Below the pieces are notes generated by a model. That model made no database searches, was not told where the DNA came from, and worked only from the letters and a program-made list of their open reading frames with translations. The position numbers and the translations under genes are program-made. 64,000 nt of DNA. Origin: Candidatus Methanoperedenaceae archaeon (GTDB lineage: Archaea > Halobacteriota > Methanosarcinia > Methanosarcinales > Methanoperedenaceae). The first letter of the stretch is position 1. Each line of letters opens with the position of its first letter. Shown here piece after piece: positions 1 through 9,890 of this stretch. The stretch is taken from the NCBI GenBank assembly GCA_963753595.1, contig CAVWCX010000036.1, positions 32,001-96,000 on the forward strand, given 5' to 3'.

Positions 1-428
1 ACATTTTGAAGCTCTTCTTTTGATATTACAGCTTCTGAAAGTACACTTTCCCTTATATGTACAGGGGCGCCGCATCGAAGAGCTATCGCTATACAGTCGC
101 TTGGTCTTGCATCCAGTTCAAAATGCTTTCCATCCATGGAAAATGATATCCTTGCATAATAAACTCCTTCATTTAATTCATCTATCAGGATATCGTCAAC
201 CTTTGAATCAAGGCGCGTTAGTAAAGAGACAAAAAGGTCATGGGTCATGGGCCTTGGTGGTATTTCATGATTAAGAGCGGAATTTATGGAAATCGCCTCA
301 GATATTCCGATATATATTGGCATCAGGCGTTTTGCATCGTCTTCCAGCAATACGATCGGAACCGGGCCTGGAGCTTTCTCAATAAGAAATACACCTTTTA
401 TGGTTACTTGTAAAGTAGTTCCGTTTAT
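1..428 (-). CDS. Bifunctional nuclease family protein (DUF151); runs off the window edge, start codon uncertain
   Basis: Manual translation, absent from the ORF track: NGTTLQVTIKGVFL..PIVLLEDDAKRLMPIYIGISEAISI..PPRPMTHDL..GVYYARI..DARPSDCIAIALR. Confidence 0.85.
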   Translation of the reverse strand, partial: MNGTTLQVTIKGVFLIEKAPGPVPIVLLEDDAKRLMPIYIGISEAISINSALNHEIPPRPMTHDLFVSLLTRLDSKVDDILIDELNEGVYYARISFSMDGKHFELDARPSDCIAIALRCGAPVHIRESVLSEAVISKEELQN

Positions 429-492
429 TAAGATAATATTAATAAGCGGGGTAATAAGTTTTCCGATGGGAAAAACCGCTCATTAGTTTTAT

Positions 493-1407
493 CTAAAAAT
501 ATCCTCCAAATATCTTTGAGCCAGCGATCAGGCTTCCCACTACATATCCCAGGATAACTCCTCCGTTCAGGAAAGGAAGGCCTGCCTGGGGTTTGCCTTT
601 CATAACTAATACCATAAGTACCAAAAATCCCAGGAATGTTCCAAGGATGGCGCCAATTGCCGGTATATTTACAGCGCCAATGAGCGGGATTGAATAGAAA
701 GAAGTCTCTGTTATAAAAACGTTTGCTGAAACAACAAGCAAAGTCGGCATAACAGCATCCCCCAGGCCCATGAAGAAGGCTTCGCGGTCTTCTTTATCGA
801 ATTTCTCAGACATAAATGAATAATTCCAGTGCTTCGGGATCACAAGGAGTATGGGAAGTCTTAAGTCCATAACGCCTTCTGCGAGAGCCACCATGTGTTT
901 TGTCTGGTAAACCGCAATATAATCATAAACAAGCAGCACAATAAGTAAGAGGATCACAGGCACGATATTAAGGGATATCCCGAAAATCGAAGCAGAACCG
1001 GCTCCAAGTATCACGCCCACTATGTCAATTACATACCATTCAGGGAATTTATACAAAATAACAGTAAGGGCAGCGGAGATTATAATGGTCAAGATAAGAT
1101 TCGTATCTGGTGCAATTGGGAACATTGAAAAAATCGCATAGAACACATACGCTAAAGTCCATCCTACCGTTATCAGTATAAAAGCCTGGATAATCCATTT
1201 TTTATTCAATTTTATTACAAGAAAAATGAATGCAGTGAAAATAAGAATTATTGCGACCCAGACGAAAACGTTTCCTGTATCGTTTGGATTTTCAAATGCC
1301 TTGAAGTTATTAGCCTCAAGGGGTTTGCTCAAAGCGATGGCGATAAGCTGCACAAGGAGCAGCATGAATGCCATGCCAATTATCGGGATATATTTATCAA
1401 GCTTCAA
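493..1407 (-). CDS. Presenilin-family intramembrane aspartyl protease (PSH)
   Basis: Multi-TM protein with YD, GLGD and AGLP motifs. Confidence 0.92.
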   Translation of the reverse strand: MKLDKYIPIIGMAFMLLLVQLIAIALSKPLEANNFKAFENPNDTGNVFVWVAIILIFTAFIFLVIKLNKKWIIQAFILITVGWTLAYVFYAIFSMFPIAPDTNLILTIIISAALTVILYKFPEWYVIDIVGVILGAGSASIFGISLNIVPVILLLIVLLVYDYIAVYQTKHMVALAEGVMDLRLPILLVIPKHWNYSFMSEKFDKEDREAFFMGLGDAVMPTLLVVSANVFITETSFYSIPLIGAVNIPAIGAILGTFLGFLVLMVLVMKGKPQAGLPFLNGGVILGYVVGSLIAGSKIFGGYF

Positions 1408-1539
1408 ATTAATCTCCGCTTATAATAAGATGGATTGTTTTTAAAAGTTTGCTAAAAGTTATTGGCATGGGGTAAAAAGCAACTTTTTTATTTAATTACA
1501 CCTTATTTATCTTGGTTCATCCCAAAAGGAAAAAGCTTA

Positions 1540-2837
1540 GGGATTGCCGAAAAATAACTTATCTAAATTAATTCCCTTCCTCTTTTGGGGAAAGAGAATA
1601 ATTCCATTTTGGGTGTAAAGAATGGTATTCTATCTTCAATCTTGCCATATCTTCATCAGAGAATTTAACTCCTTTATTATATTCCTTTTCATCTAATAGC
1701 GATGCCACAGTAAGACCTTTGTTTGTCTTTGTGCCACTGATCAGTTCAATAATTGTTTCAAAACTAACGAGCGGTTTCCCCTTCCAATTCATTGTAATGA
1801 ATGAGAACATGCGATGTTCTATCTTGTTCCATTTGCTTGTCCCAGGAGGGTAATGGCATACGGTAATAGGTATTTTTATTTGGTTCACCAATTCTTGTAA
1901 ATGAAATTTCCAGCCTTTATTGCGACTTCCATTGCTCCCCCCACCATCTGCACATATCATCAGACCTTTTGCATCTGGATAATTATTTCTTCCAAACATA
2001 AGCCACCATTGCCTTATGCTTTCAACGGCAAATTCGGACGTATCATAACTCATTCCCACATTTACCATTCCTTCATTTCTCTTAAGATCATAAATCCCAT
2101 ATGGTGTCGCCCTTCCAATCCCAAGTGAAGGAAAATCATACACATTTACTTCTTTTGCCTTGCCTTTTTTCTCCCATGTTCTTCCAGGATTTTTGAATTC
2201 TCCTACATTTTCTTTCTTTTTTGCATCAACTGATATTACGGGATACTCCTGATTTATAAATTCTTTAGCTTTTTCGTTTATATACCTGAACTGGGCATCT
2301 CTTTCGGGAACTGAAGAACCTTCGATGTTTTTCTTATTGGCCTGAAGCGAGTAATCGTTTTCCTTCAATAAACGTCCTACTGTATCTGGATCGATTTTAT
2401 GTTTTAGCTTTTTCAATTCATCAGCGATCTTGTAGGTTGATTTGTTTGTCCATTTCAGCAGGCTCATTGGGTCGCCTGAGGTGTTTTCATCCATTATTTT
2501 TTCAAGATCTCCAATTATTTCGGGATCTTTTATTTCTACCTTTTTTCTTCCTCCTCCAAGTGCTCGAAGTCTTTCTGGAGGTTTAAGTTTCTCTGACGTT
2601 TTGAGTTCCTCTATCCCTTTATGGATAGTCGAATGGGACATGCCTGTTAATTCTTCAACTTTTGAGACTCCACCCCACCCAATTTCAAGTGCTATGGCTC
2701 CTGCAAAACGTCTTGCTTGAACTTCATCCGCTCCTGATAGGGCTTTTAGCCACCATGTGTACTCCTTGTTAGTATCCATGCCACTATATATGATGGCTTA
2801 GATTATATAATTTACTAATTTATTTTTAGGTATTGCC
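1540..2837 (-). mobile_element. ISAzo13-family insertion sequence
   Basis: Imperfect 22-bp TIRs GGGATTGCCGAAAAATAACTTA / GGCAATACCTAAAAATAAATTA; 3-bp TTA duplication at 1537-1539 and 2838-2840. Confidence 0.85.
1568..2779 (-). CDS. ISAzo13-family DDE transposase
   Basis: Motifs ISVDAKKKE, ADGGGSNG, HYPPGTSKWNKIEHRMFS. Confidence 0.95.
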   Translation of the reverse strand: MDTNKEYTWWLKALSGADEVQARRFAGAIALEIGWGGVSKVEELTGMSHSTIHKGIEELKTSEKLKPPERLRALGGGRKKVEIKDPEIIGDLEKIMDENTSGDPMSLLKWTNKSTYKIADELKKLKHKIDPDTVGRLLKENDYSLQANKKNIEGSSVPERDAQFRYINEKAKEFINQEYPVISVDAKKKENVGEFKNPGRTWEKKGKAKEVNVYDFPSLGIGRATPYGIYDLKRNEGMVNVGMSYDTSEFAVESIRQWWLMFGRNNYPDAKGLMICADGGGSNGSRNKGWKFHLQELVNQIKIPITVCHYPPGTSKWNKIEHRMFSFITMNWKGKPLVSFETIIELISGTKTNKGLTVASLLDEKEYNKGVKFSDEDMARLKIEYHSLHPKWNYSLSPKEEGN

Positions 2838-4297
2838 TTAGGGACTTTGTTTATGTACTCTATATAATCAGGTCCAATTTTTTCTCTTAAGTCTTCTTCT
2901 TCATATTCGGCTATTCGAGACAGGATTAAAGCGAGAATTATTGAATATATCAATCCAATTAATGCGTTCGCAGATAATGCAAGTCCAACGGCCACAATAA
3001 TCCAACCGAGATACAGGGGATGACGAACGAATTTATAGGGACCCTTTACCCTTATTTTGTTCTTGTGGAAAAAAACTTCTTTTATTAGGTAATATATACT
3101 CCAGAGTATAATGAATACTCCAAGGGTGAATATTAGTATTCCAAAAACTTTCAATAGTATTAAAGAAATCGTATTGAAAGATATCAACCAAAAATTATAG
3201 GATATTAACATTAAATAAAAAAATATAATAATTATTATAATAAAAGTTTGAAGCCCAATGATGGCTTTTTTTGAAAAATCACCGAAACGTGAAAAATGTC
3301 TTTTGTATTTAAAGGCTATATACAACATTGCTAATAATCCAGCCATTGAAAATACTATTCCAGCTACAGGTGGTCCACTGGTTCCATCATTGATGTTCTC
3401 TTTATTATCAATGAAATTATTCTGGTCGATAATGCTCTCAGACGAAAACAAATAAATTCCATAATTATTGATGGATAAGGAGTTGTTTTGTAATCTGTTA
3501 TTTATCGATTTGTCGAGATAGATACCATAGTTACTATTCGATATAGCATTGTTTTGAAGCATATTATTTTGCGATGTAAGAAGATAGATTCCATAGTTTT
3601 TATTTGAGTCCGCGTTGTTACCTGAAAGAGTATTTTCACTCGAATCCCACAAATAGACACCCCGGTCATTGCCTGATGCGGTGTTGTTTACGATCATGTT
3701 GTTGTTCGAACCCCAAAGTTCGATGCCGCTCACATGGTTCAATTTAACAATATTATTTATTATCGTATTATTATCACTTATGGAAACAACGTAAATGCCA
3801 ATGTTTCCGTTTGAGTTTGCAGTGTTGTTTGCGATGATATTATTGCTCGAATTCCATAGCCATATACCATCACCGTTAAAAGATACGTTGTTATCAGAAA
3901 TATTACTGTAATCCGTCCCTAATTCAAGAAATATTCCAGCAGCATAATTAGGTAATTCATGACCTGTTGCTCCGGTGACCGTAAGTCCAATTATGTTCAC
4001 ATAATCAGCTGTTACGTAAAATACATAATTTTTAGGGTTTGCTGCAATTACTGTTGTAAAAGCAGATCCATTTTCGGATCGAATCGTCAATCTCTTGTTC
4101 ACATTAATGTTCTCGTAATACGTTCCATCCCTGACGATAATCATATCCCCCTCATTTGAGGAATTAACCGCTTTCTGAATCGTCACGTAATCATCTGGCA
4201 CATGAATCGTTAATGCACTAACTACCATTGCAGAAGCTAAAAAAAACACTAGCGTTAAAATTGTGACCGATGCTATCAAATCAATTTTCGTTTTCAT
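2798..4297 (-). CDS. Secreted parallel beta-helix (NosD/CASH-like) domain fused to an ICMT/PEMT-family membrane methyltransferase; frame is open upstream to 4477
   Basis: Signal peptide, IHVPDDYVTIQKAV, Asn-ladder repeats, TM segments, then GPYKFVRHPLYLG..EEEDL..Y..Y..KVP. Confidence 0.75.
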   Translation of the reverse strand: MKTKIDLIASVTILTLVFFLASAMVVSALTIHVPDDYVTIQKAVNSSNEGDMIIVRDGTYYENINVNKRLTIRSENGSAFTTVIAANPKNYVFYVTADYVNIIGLTVTGATGHELPNYAAGIFLELGTDYSNISDNNVSFNGDGIWLWNSSNNIIANNTANSNGNIGIYVVSISDNNTIINNIVKLNHVSGIELWGSNNNMIVNNTASGNDRGVYLWDSSENTLSGNNADSNKNYGIYLLTSQNNMLQNNAISNSNYGIYLDKSINNRLQNNSLSINNYGIYLFSSESIIDQNNFIDNKENINDGTSGPPVAGIVFSMAGLLAMLYIAFKYKRHFSRFGDFSKKAIIGLQTFIIIIIIFFYLMLISYNFWLISFNTISLILLKVFGILIFTLGVFIILWSIYYLIKEVFFHKNKIRVKGPYKFVRHPLYLGWIIVAVGLALSANALIGLIYSIILALILSRIAEYEEEDLREKIGPDYIEYINKVPKAIPKNKLVNYII

Positions 4298-4769
4298 TTT
4301 TTTTTTATTTTTTTCTGTGTCCATTGTTATAAGCCATACAGCAAGTCCTGCGAATGTTCCTATCAAGAGCCAGGATTCACCAGCATCCCTTGCACGGAGA
4401 GCTGCGAATATAAATAATCCTCCCAACCCTTTAATGATTATATTTTTCAGACTATTTTTCACAACACCAATCTCCAAAGTCCAACTAGATTTGTTATTGA
4501 TTTTGTTGATAAGTCAAACCCCTTCCAGATTTTGAAACATAGCCACACAATTTTATTCGAAACCATTTTTACCACCTGTCCGTTAATGAAATAATGCATT
4601 TTTGAGGACTTTTAACAGCCCAAACATTTTATGACGTTTGTGTAAGTAAACCAAGTATAAATAATCTGTGAAACTTTCATTTCCCTTTCATCAACCCCAA
4701 GGTTGACGTTGGATCTATCTATATACAAAGCAACAAACTATTTCTTTTGCGCATCAATATAAGGAGCAG

Positions 4770-5576
4770 ATGATAATAGGAATTCTAGGACCTAAGGGCA
4801 CTTACTCGGAAAAAGCTGCGAAGCAATGGGATGATAAAGCTGATTTAAGATTTTATGATGATATATTTGATACTGTTGATGCTCTTTTGCGAAAAGAAGT
4901 TGATTGCAGCATAGTGCCTATTGAAAATTCCCTTGAAGGCTCGATCACACTCACTCTTGACCTCCTGATGGAACACCAGCTAAAGATCACAGGTGAAGTA
5001 GTAGTCCAGATAAAAAACTGCCTCCTTTCAAAAGGAGATCTTGAGGACATAAAAATAATTATGTCACATCCTCAGCCCTTATCCCAGTGCAGGAAATATA
5101 TTAAGAATAATTTCAAAGGAATCGAAATAAGGTCAGACCTGAGTACATCCCATGCGGCAAAACTTGCATCGGAATCTAAGGAAATCGCTGCAATAGCATC
5201 CGAGGAATCGGCCAGGATGTATGGTTTGAAAATACTGGATGAAAATATACAGGATGAGAAGGAGAATTTCACCCGGTTCATTGTTATAGGGAAAACATCG
5301 CCAGTTCCCACAGGTAATGATAAGACATCTATTATTGTGTATCTTGAGAAAAACAGGTCTGGGGCCCTTTATGAGATACTTGGTGAATTTGCCGGCAGAA
5401 ATATTGATTTAACAAAGATAGAATCGCGCCCAACCAAGAAAGTCCTTGGGGATTACGTTTTCTATATCGATATCAAAGGACACATTGAAGATAAAACCAT
5501 AAAAGAAACGCTCTCAAAAATAAAGAGCAAGGTGGGAATGCTCAAAATACTGGGCTCATATCCGGCTGCAAAATAA
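4770..5576 (+). CDS. pheA: Prephenate dehydratase
   Basis: LGPKGTYSE, PIENSLEG, NFTRF, ACT domain with IESRP and LGSYP. Confidence 0.96.
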   Translation: MIIGILGPKGTYSEKAAKQWDDKADLRFYDDIFDTVDALLRKEVDCSIVPIENSLEGSITLTLDLLMEHQLKITGEVVVQIKNCLLSKGDLEDIKIIMSHPQPLSQCRKYIKNNFKGIEIRSDLSTSHAAKLASESKEIAAIASEESARMYGLKILDENIQDEKENFTRFIVIGKTSPVPTGNDKTSIIVYLEKNRSGALYEILGEFAGRNIDLTKIESRPTKKVLGDYVFYIDIKGHIEDKTIKETLSKIKSKVGMLKILGSYPAAK

Positions 5577-5587
5577 TCAAGGAAAAG

Positions 5588-5634
5588 TTTTATACCCCTG
5601 CAAATCCATATTTGAGTAGCACCTCAAAAATGAG
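5588..5634 (+). promoter_or_regulatory. TATA box plus two tandem CTCA-N4-TGAG-like inverted repeats; candidate RbkR autoregulatory operator
   Basis: TTTTATAC at 5588; TCCAtattTGAG 5605-5616; CTCAaaaaTGAG 5623-5634. Confidence 0.45.
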
Positions 5635-5642
5635 AGGACTCT

Positions 5643-6290
5643 ATGGATATACAATCTTTGAAAAAACTTGCGCTTCTTGGCGCGCACCAGAAACCCCTGG
5701 AATTATCCTCAATACAATTCGCAGGACACCTCGATTCAAGCCAGCAGACAGCAGCACGAAAGCTCAAGGCTCTTGAAGAGGAAAAGCTCATCTCACGGCA
5801 GTTTTTGCCTGACGGGCAGTTGATCTTGATAACAAAAAACGGGATCGATGCCCTTCAGAGGGAATTGTGTGATTACAACGAGATATTTTCAGGGAATGGA
5901 AACATTAAGATCTTAAGTGGAAAGCTAATTACAGGGCTGGGAGAAGGACAATATTACATTTCACTTGAGGGCTACAGGACACAGTTCCTGGAAAAGCTTG
6001 GTTTTGACCCGTATCCGGGTACGTTGAACATCAAACTTGATGCTAAAAGCATTGATCTTCGTAAGAAAATAACGGAAAACATAAGGATCGCTGGTTTTAC
6101 GGACCAGAACAGGACTTTCGGAAAAGGTTCGTGTTTCAGGATCAGGATTTGCGATATTGAAGGCGCTGTAATAACTCCTGAGCGAACGCATTATCCTGAA
6201 GATATTATTGAAATAATTGCGCCTGTAAACCTGCGAGATCACCTTGACCTGAAAGATGGACATAATGTTAATGTGGAAGTGATAAAATGA
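5643..6290 (+). CDS. ribK: CTP-dependent riboflavin kinase with N-terminal wHTH (RbkR type)
   Basis: SQQTAARKL HTH; GLGEGQYY, PYPGTLN, PERTHY, EIIAP. Confidence 0.93.
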   Translation: MDIQSLKKLALLGAHQKPLELSSIQFAGHLDSSQQTAARKLKALEEEKLISRQFLPDGQLILITKNGIDALQRELCDYNEIFSGNGNIKILSGKLITGLGEGQYYISLEGYRTQFLEKLGFDPYPGTLNIKLDAKSIDLRKKITENIRIAGFTDQNRTFGKGSCFRIRICDIEGAVITPERTHYPEDIIEIIAPVNLRDHLDLKDGHNVNVEVIK

Positions 6291-6967
6291 GTCTTGATAG
6301 CGCAATAGATGCATTAAGAAATGGTAAAATGATACTTCTTTTTGATGCTGAGGACAGGGAAGGAGAAACAGATCTTGTGATCCCGGCGATATGTATAACA
6401 CCGGCTGACGTTGCTCTCATGCGCCGTGATGGCGGAGGGCTGATATGTGTTGCAATATATGGAAAAGCCGCAGACAGCCTGGGATTGCCTTTCATGTCAG
6501 ATATTCTAAGAAGCGTCTCTAAAAATGGCCATAAGTCCCTCATCAGTCTTGTGGAAAAGAAAGGGGATATCCCTTATGACTCCCGTTCATCATTTTCACT
6601 CTGGGTGAACCACAGGGAAACTTTTACAGGCATTACCGATAACGACAGGGCACTTACCATCAGGAAAGTCGGTGAAGTCGTAGATAAGGTCATGAAAGGA
6701 GAAAAAATTGATTTCGGAGACGAATTCAGGTCGCCCGGTCATGTCGCGCTGCTTCGCGCCGCCACAGGTCTCCTGAAAGAAAGGCGCGGGCAGACCGAAC
6801 TTTCCATAGAACTTGCATTAAAAGCAGGTATTTCTCCCTCGATGGTAGTATGCGAGATGCTTGATGAGAAAACAGGAAAAGCGCTCACGAAAAAAGATGC
6901 CATCAGGTATTCAAAAGAGAACAATATGCCTTTTATTGAAGGGAAAGATCTTCAGGGATTTATTTAA
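6287..6967 (+). CDS. ribB: 3,4-dihydroxy-2-butanone-4-phosphate synthase
   Basis: DAEDREGETD, TGITDNDRA, FRSPGHV, RRGQTE, CEM. Confidence 0.95.
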   Translation: MSLDSAIDALRNGKMILLFDAEDREGETDLVIPAICITPADVALMRRDGGGLICVAIYGKAADSLGLPFMSDILRSVSKNGHKSLISLVEKKGDIPYDSRSSFSLWVNHRETFTGITDNDRALTIRKVGEVVDKVMKGEKIDFGDEFRSPGHVALLRAATGLLKERRGQTELSIELALKAGISPSMVVCEMLDEKTGKALTKKDAIRYSKENNMPFIEGKDLQGFI

Positions 6968-7117
6968 GCAAATGACCTGAGCAGTCGATAAAGAAGAATT
7001 GTCAATTGCCTCAGGCTATCGTTCCACGCCCGAAGCGCCACGCAATACGCAGCGCCATAAAGACAAAAATCACTGAAGGCGTAAAGCAGAGCTTGATATG
7101 TGAATCGGTTATAACTG

Positions 7118-8083
7118 TCACTTTTGTCCGAAGTGCGAAAACCCAAGCCCCTTAAGCTCTTCAATCCCATTCGATCTTTCAATGAAAATACCATTTTTTA
7201 TGACCTCACCTATTACGGTAAATGAGCAGGCATTCCTGGCTTCATTGATCTTATCAGGCGGCACTGTGAACAATAACTCAAAATCCCCGCCAGTAAAAAC
7301 AACGGCTTGAAGTAATTCATCCCCTTCTAATAGGTTTTTGACATCCGGAAGAACCGGAAGCATATCTTCAGATATTTTGAACCCTACGCCACTTGCTTTT
7401 GCAAGATCGTGAAGTGATAACGAAAGCCCGTCGCTTATATCCATCATCGAAGTTACTGCGCGTGTTTTTGCAAGTGCCATGCCTTCATTTATTCTCGGTA
7501 TGGGTTCAAACAGGCCTTTTAGTATCTGCTGGCCTGCATTAATATTTTTTTGCATCAGAATCAGCGCAGCCCCTGCCGTACCAAGATTTCCTGTTACGCA
7601 CACAAGATCTCCCGGATTTGCCCCGCTTCTTTTTATAAGCAAGTCCTTATTTACAAGTCCAAGCGCCGTCCCTGTCATCGTTAGTTCCTCATGTGAATCC
7701 ATATCACCTCCGATGACCTGTGTCCCGAAACTTCTTGCGCAAGTATCCATTCCTTTTATGATCTCATCAAGAAGATCAAGCTCTGTATCGGGGGGAATAC
7801 CTATTGCCATCAGGATTCCAAGAGGTTTTGCCCCCTTAGAAGCAAGGTCGCTCAGGTTTACAGCCACCGACATCCATCCTATCTGCCAGCCTGACATCTG
7901 CTCTGGAAAATCCGTCTTTCGATGAAGCATATCGGTTGTCGCGAGAAGATAATCATCCCCCCCAATATCAAGAACTGCGCAATCATCATCACCTGCGCCA
8001 ACGATTGTATTTTGTCCGGGTTTTGTGAGTAATCCTGCAATATGTTCAATTAATACGCGCTCGTTAATTTCACGGATTTTCAT
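7118..8083 (-). CDS. thiL: Thiamine-monophosphate kinase
   Basis: DDCAV, NLSDLASKG, IGGD, MDISDGL, GGDFEL. Confidence 0.95.
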   Translation of the reverse strand: MKIREINERVLIEHIAGLLTKPGQNTIVGAGDDDCAVLDIGGDDYLLATTDMLHRKTDFPEQMSGWQIGWMSVAVNLSDLASKGAKPLGILMAIGIPPDTELDLLDEIIKGMDTCARSFGTQVIGGDMDSHEELTMTGTALGLVNKDLLIKRSGANPGDLVCVTGNLGTAGAALILMQKNINAGQQILKGLFEPIPRINEGMALAKTRAVTSMMDISDGLSLSLHDLAKASGVGFKISEDMLPVLPDVKNLLEGDELLQAVVFTGGDFELLFTVPPDKINEARNACSFTVIGEVIKNGIFIERSNGIEELKGLGFSHFGQK

Positions 8084-8175
8084 TATGTGATAATTTGGTT
8101 TATATACGTTATAAGTTTTCTATCATTGAATTTGTTTCCTCAACTTTATTAAGAATAAAGAATCAATACACCATA

Positions 8176-8883
8176 ATGAATTCTGTACCTGGCGACCAGG
8201 AATTGCCCCTTGAAGAACATATGAAGGAACTGCGTTCAAGGATGATGGTAGTAGCTATCCCGATCATTTTGATCACTTCTATTGTTTTCATTTATTCCGG
8301 GGAACTCTTAAAAATCATATGGAACAACGCGATTCCTGTGCCTATGACCATTTACTCCCCGATGGAACTGATCCTTACACGATTTAAACTCTCTTTAGTT
8401 ACAGCGCTTTTTATAGGGATACCGCTCCTTGTTTATGAGGGATTCATGTTTATTGCAAAAGGACTTTATAAAAATGAAAGAATGTTTTTCATCAAGATCG
8501 TACCATTTTCATTTATACTGTTCGTCCTGGGGGCATTTCTTGCGTATTTTTTGGTATTGCCCATCCTGTTCAAATATACGATCTTTTATTCAAATGATGT
8601 CGCAGACCCGCAGGTTTCAGTAATAAAAACGATTGATACGATAATTACCCTGATATTTGGATTTGGACTTGTATTCCAGTTTCCTTTACTCCTGGTATCC
8701 GCGATCAAGATGGGTCTTTTGAAACGTGGGTTCTTTAAAGGAAAACGTAAATTCATTTATGGGGCACTTCTTGCATTTGCATTTTTTATAACTCCTGACC
8801 CCACAGCTATTTCAGAATTGATAGTGGCATTAGTTCTTGTAATATTGTTTGAATTCAGTTTGATATTGGCCAGATATTTCTAA
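8176..8883 (+). CDS. tatC: Twin-arginine translocase subunit TatC
   Basis: LEEHMKELRSR, GLYKNE, FGLVFQFP, ITPDP; start moved to ATG 8176. Confidence 0.92.
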   Translation: MNSVPGDQELPLEEHMKELRSRMMVVAIPIILITSIVFIYSGELLKIIWNNAIPVPMTIYSPMELILTRFKLSLVTALFIGIPLLVYEGFMFIAKGLYKNERMFFIKIVPFSFILFVLGAFLAYFLVLPILFKYTIFYSNDVADPQVSVIKTIDTIITLIFGFGLVFQFPLLLVSAIKMGLLKRGFFKGKRKFIYGALLAFAFFITPDPTAISELIVALVLVILFEFSLILARYF

Positions 8884-8983
8884 TTCACAATAACATTACC
8901 TGCGGGCATGAAGAAAGACTCTCGCCCAATAATGTTATCTATTAGTCAAAGTTTATGTATATACAGATATATCTAAATAATGT

Positions 8984-9298
8984 ATGACAACAAATGCAGT
9001 ACAAATAAGAATGCCATCTGTTTTACTAAAAAGCATAGATGAGTTGGTAAAACAGGGATTTTATAAAAACAAAAGTGAGGCAATTATCGATGCTGTACGT
9101 CATTTTGTGGGTTTTGGGAAGGCAAAAAGCGATATAGCGATATTCATCCGGGAAGAGATGCATGGAAGAAAAACAAGGCGTGGTCATTCAAAGAAAGAAT
9201 TCGATGCTTTATGGGAAAAAATAAGGTCTGGAAAGGACTGGAAAGAGCGTTTTGGAACGAATGCAGATAGTGTAATGGAAGAACTCAGGAGAACGTGA
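8984..9298 (+). CDS. Ribbon-helix-helix antitoxin
   Basis: VQIRMP..IDELVKQGFYKNKSEAI; overlaps the downstream PIN gene. Confidence 0.8.
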   Translation: MTTNAVQIRMPSVLLKSIDELVKQGFYKNKSEAIIDAVRHFVGFGKAKSDIAIFIREEMHGRKTRRGHSKKEFDALWEKIRSGKDWKERFGTNADSVMEELRRT

Positions 9299-9738
9299 TG
9301 ATATTCATCGACACGGATATCTTTGTGATTGAAAGGCTTTTTCCGAACGATGAAAGATATATGGCCACAAATAAGTTTCTACACAGCGATTTAACGAACA
9401 AATGCACTTCGATTTTCAACTTGTTTGAGCTTCTTGGCATTGCATCTTTTAATCTAAATACAACCGAATTGAAAAAATTGCTCAAAGGATTTTCTGAAGT
9501 TTATGATATAAAAATACTATTTCCTGAAACATCATACGAATCTCCAGATGCTTTTCTAGAGCAGTTATTCGATAATCTATTTGAAAAAATAACCCTGAAA
9601 ATGAATTTTTCTGATGCTCTGATACTGAATGTAGCAGAAGAGAATAATTGCTCTAATTTTGTGACGTGGAATATAAAACACTTTTTGGATCGGACTGATA
9701 TTCCTGTAAAGACACCAAAAGAGATGTTAGCTAAATAG
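9295..9738 (+). CDS. PIN-domain (VapC-like) toxin
   Basis: IFIDTDIF, E, DALI, FVTWNIKHF. Confidence 0.85.
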   Translation: MMIFIDTDIFVIERLFPNDERYMATNKFLHSDLTNKCTSIFNLFELLGIASFNLNTTELKKLLKGFSEVYDIKILFPETSYESPDAFLEQLFDNLFEKITLKMNFSDALILNVAEENNCSNFVTWNIKHFLDRTDIPVKTPKEMLAK

Positions 9739-9890
9739 ATGCATACAAAGAATATCGCTGGTAAGTGATCTTCGCATCATTTGTCTGAAGTCTAAAAATA
9801 ACAAGCTGGAAAGGATCGCAAGAGTCCCGGATCAAACGAAGACCACTTCACACAAACATTTATCTTTCCGCGCCCTGAAATCAGAATATA

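Noticed and set aside
6968-7117. GC-patchy spacer between ribB and thiL as a third copy of the 14328/15540 repeat or an attC site
   Set aside because: Only a short TCGTTCCA match; no consistent alignment or stem
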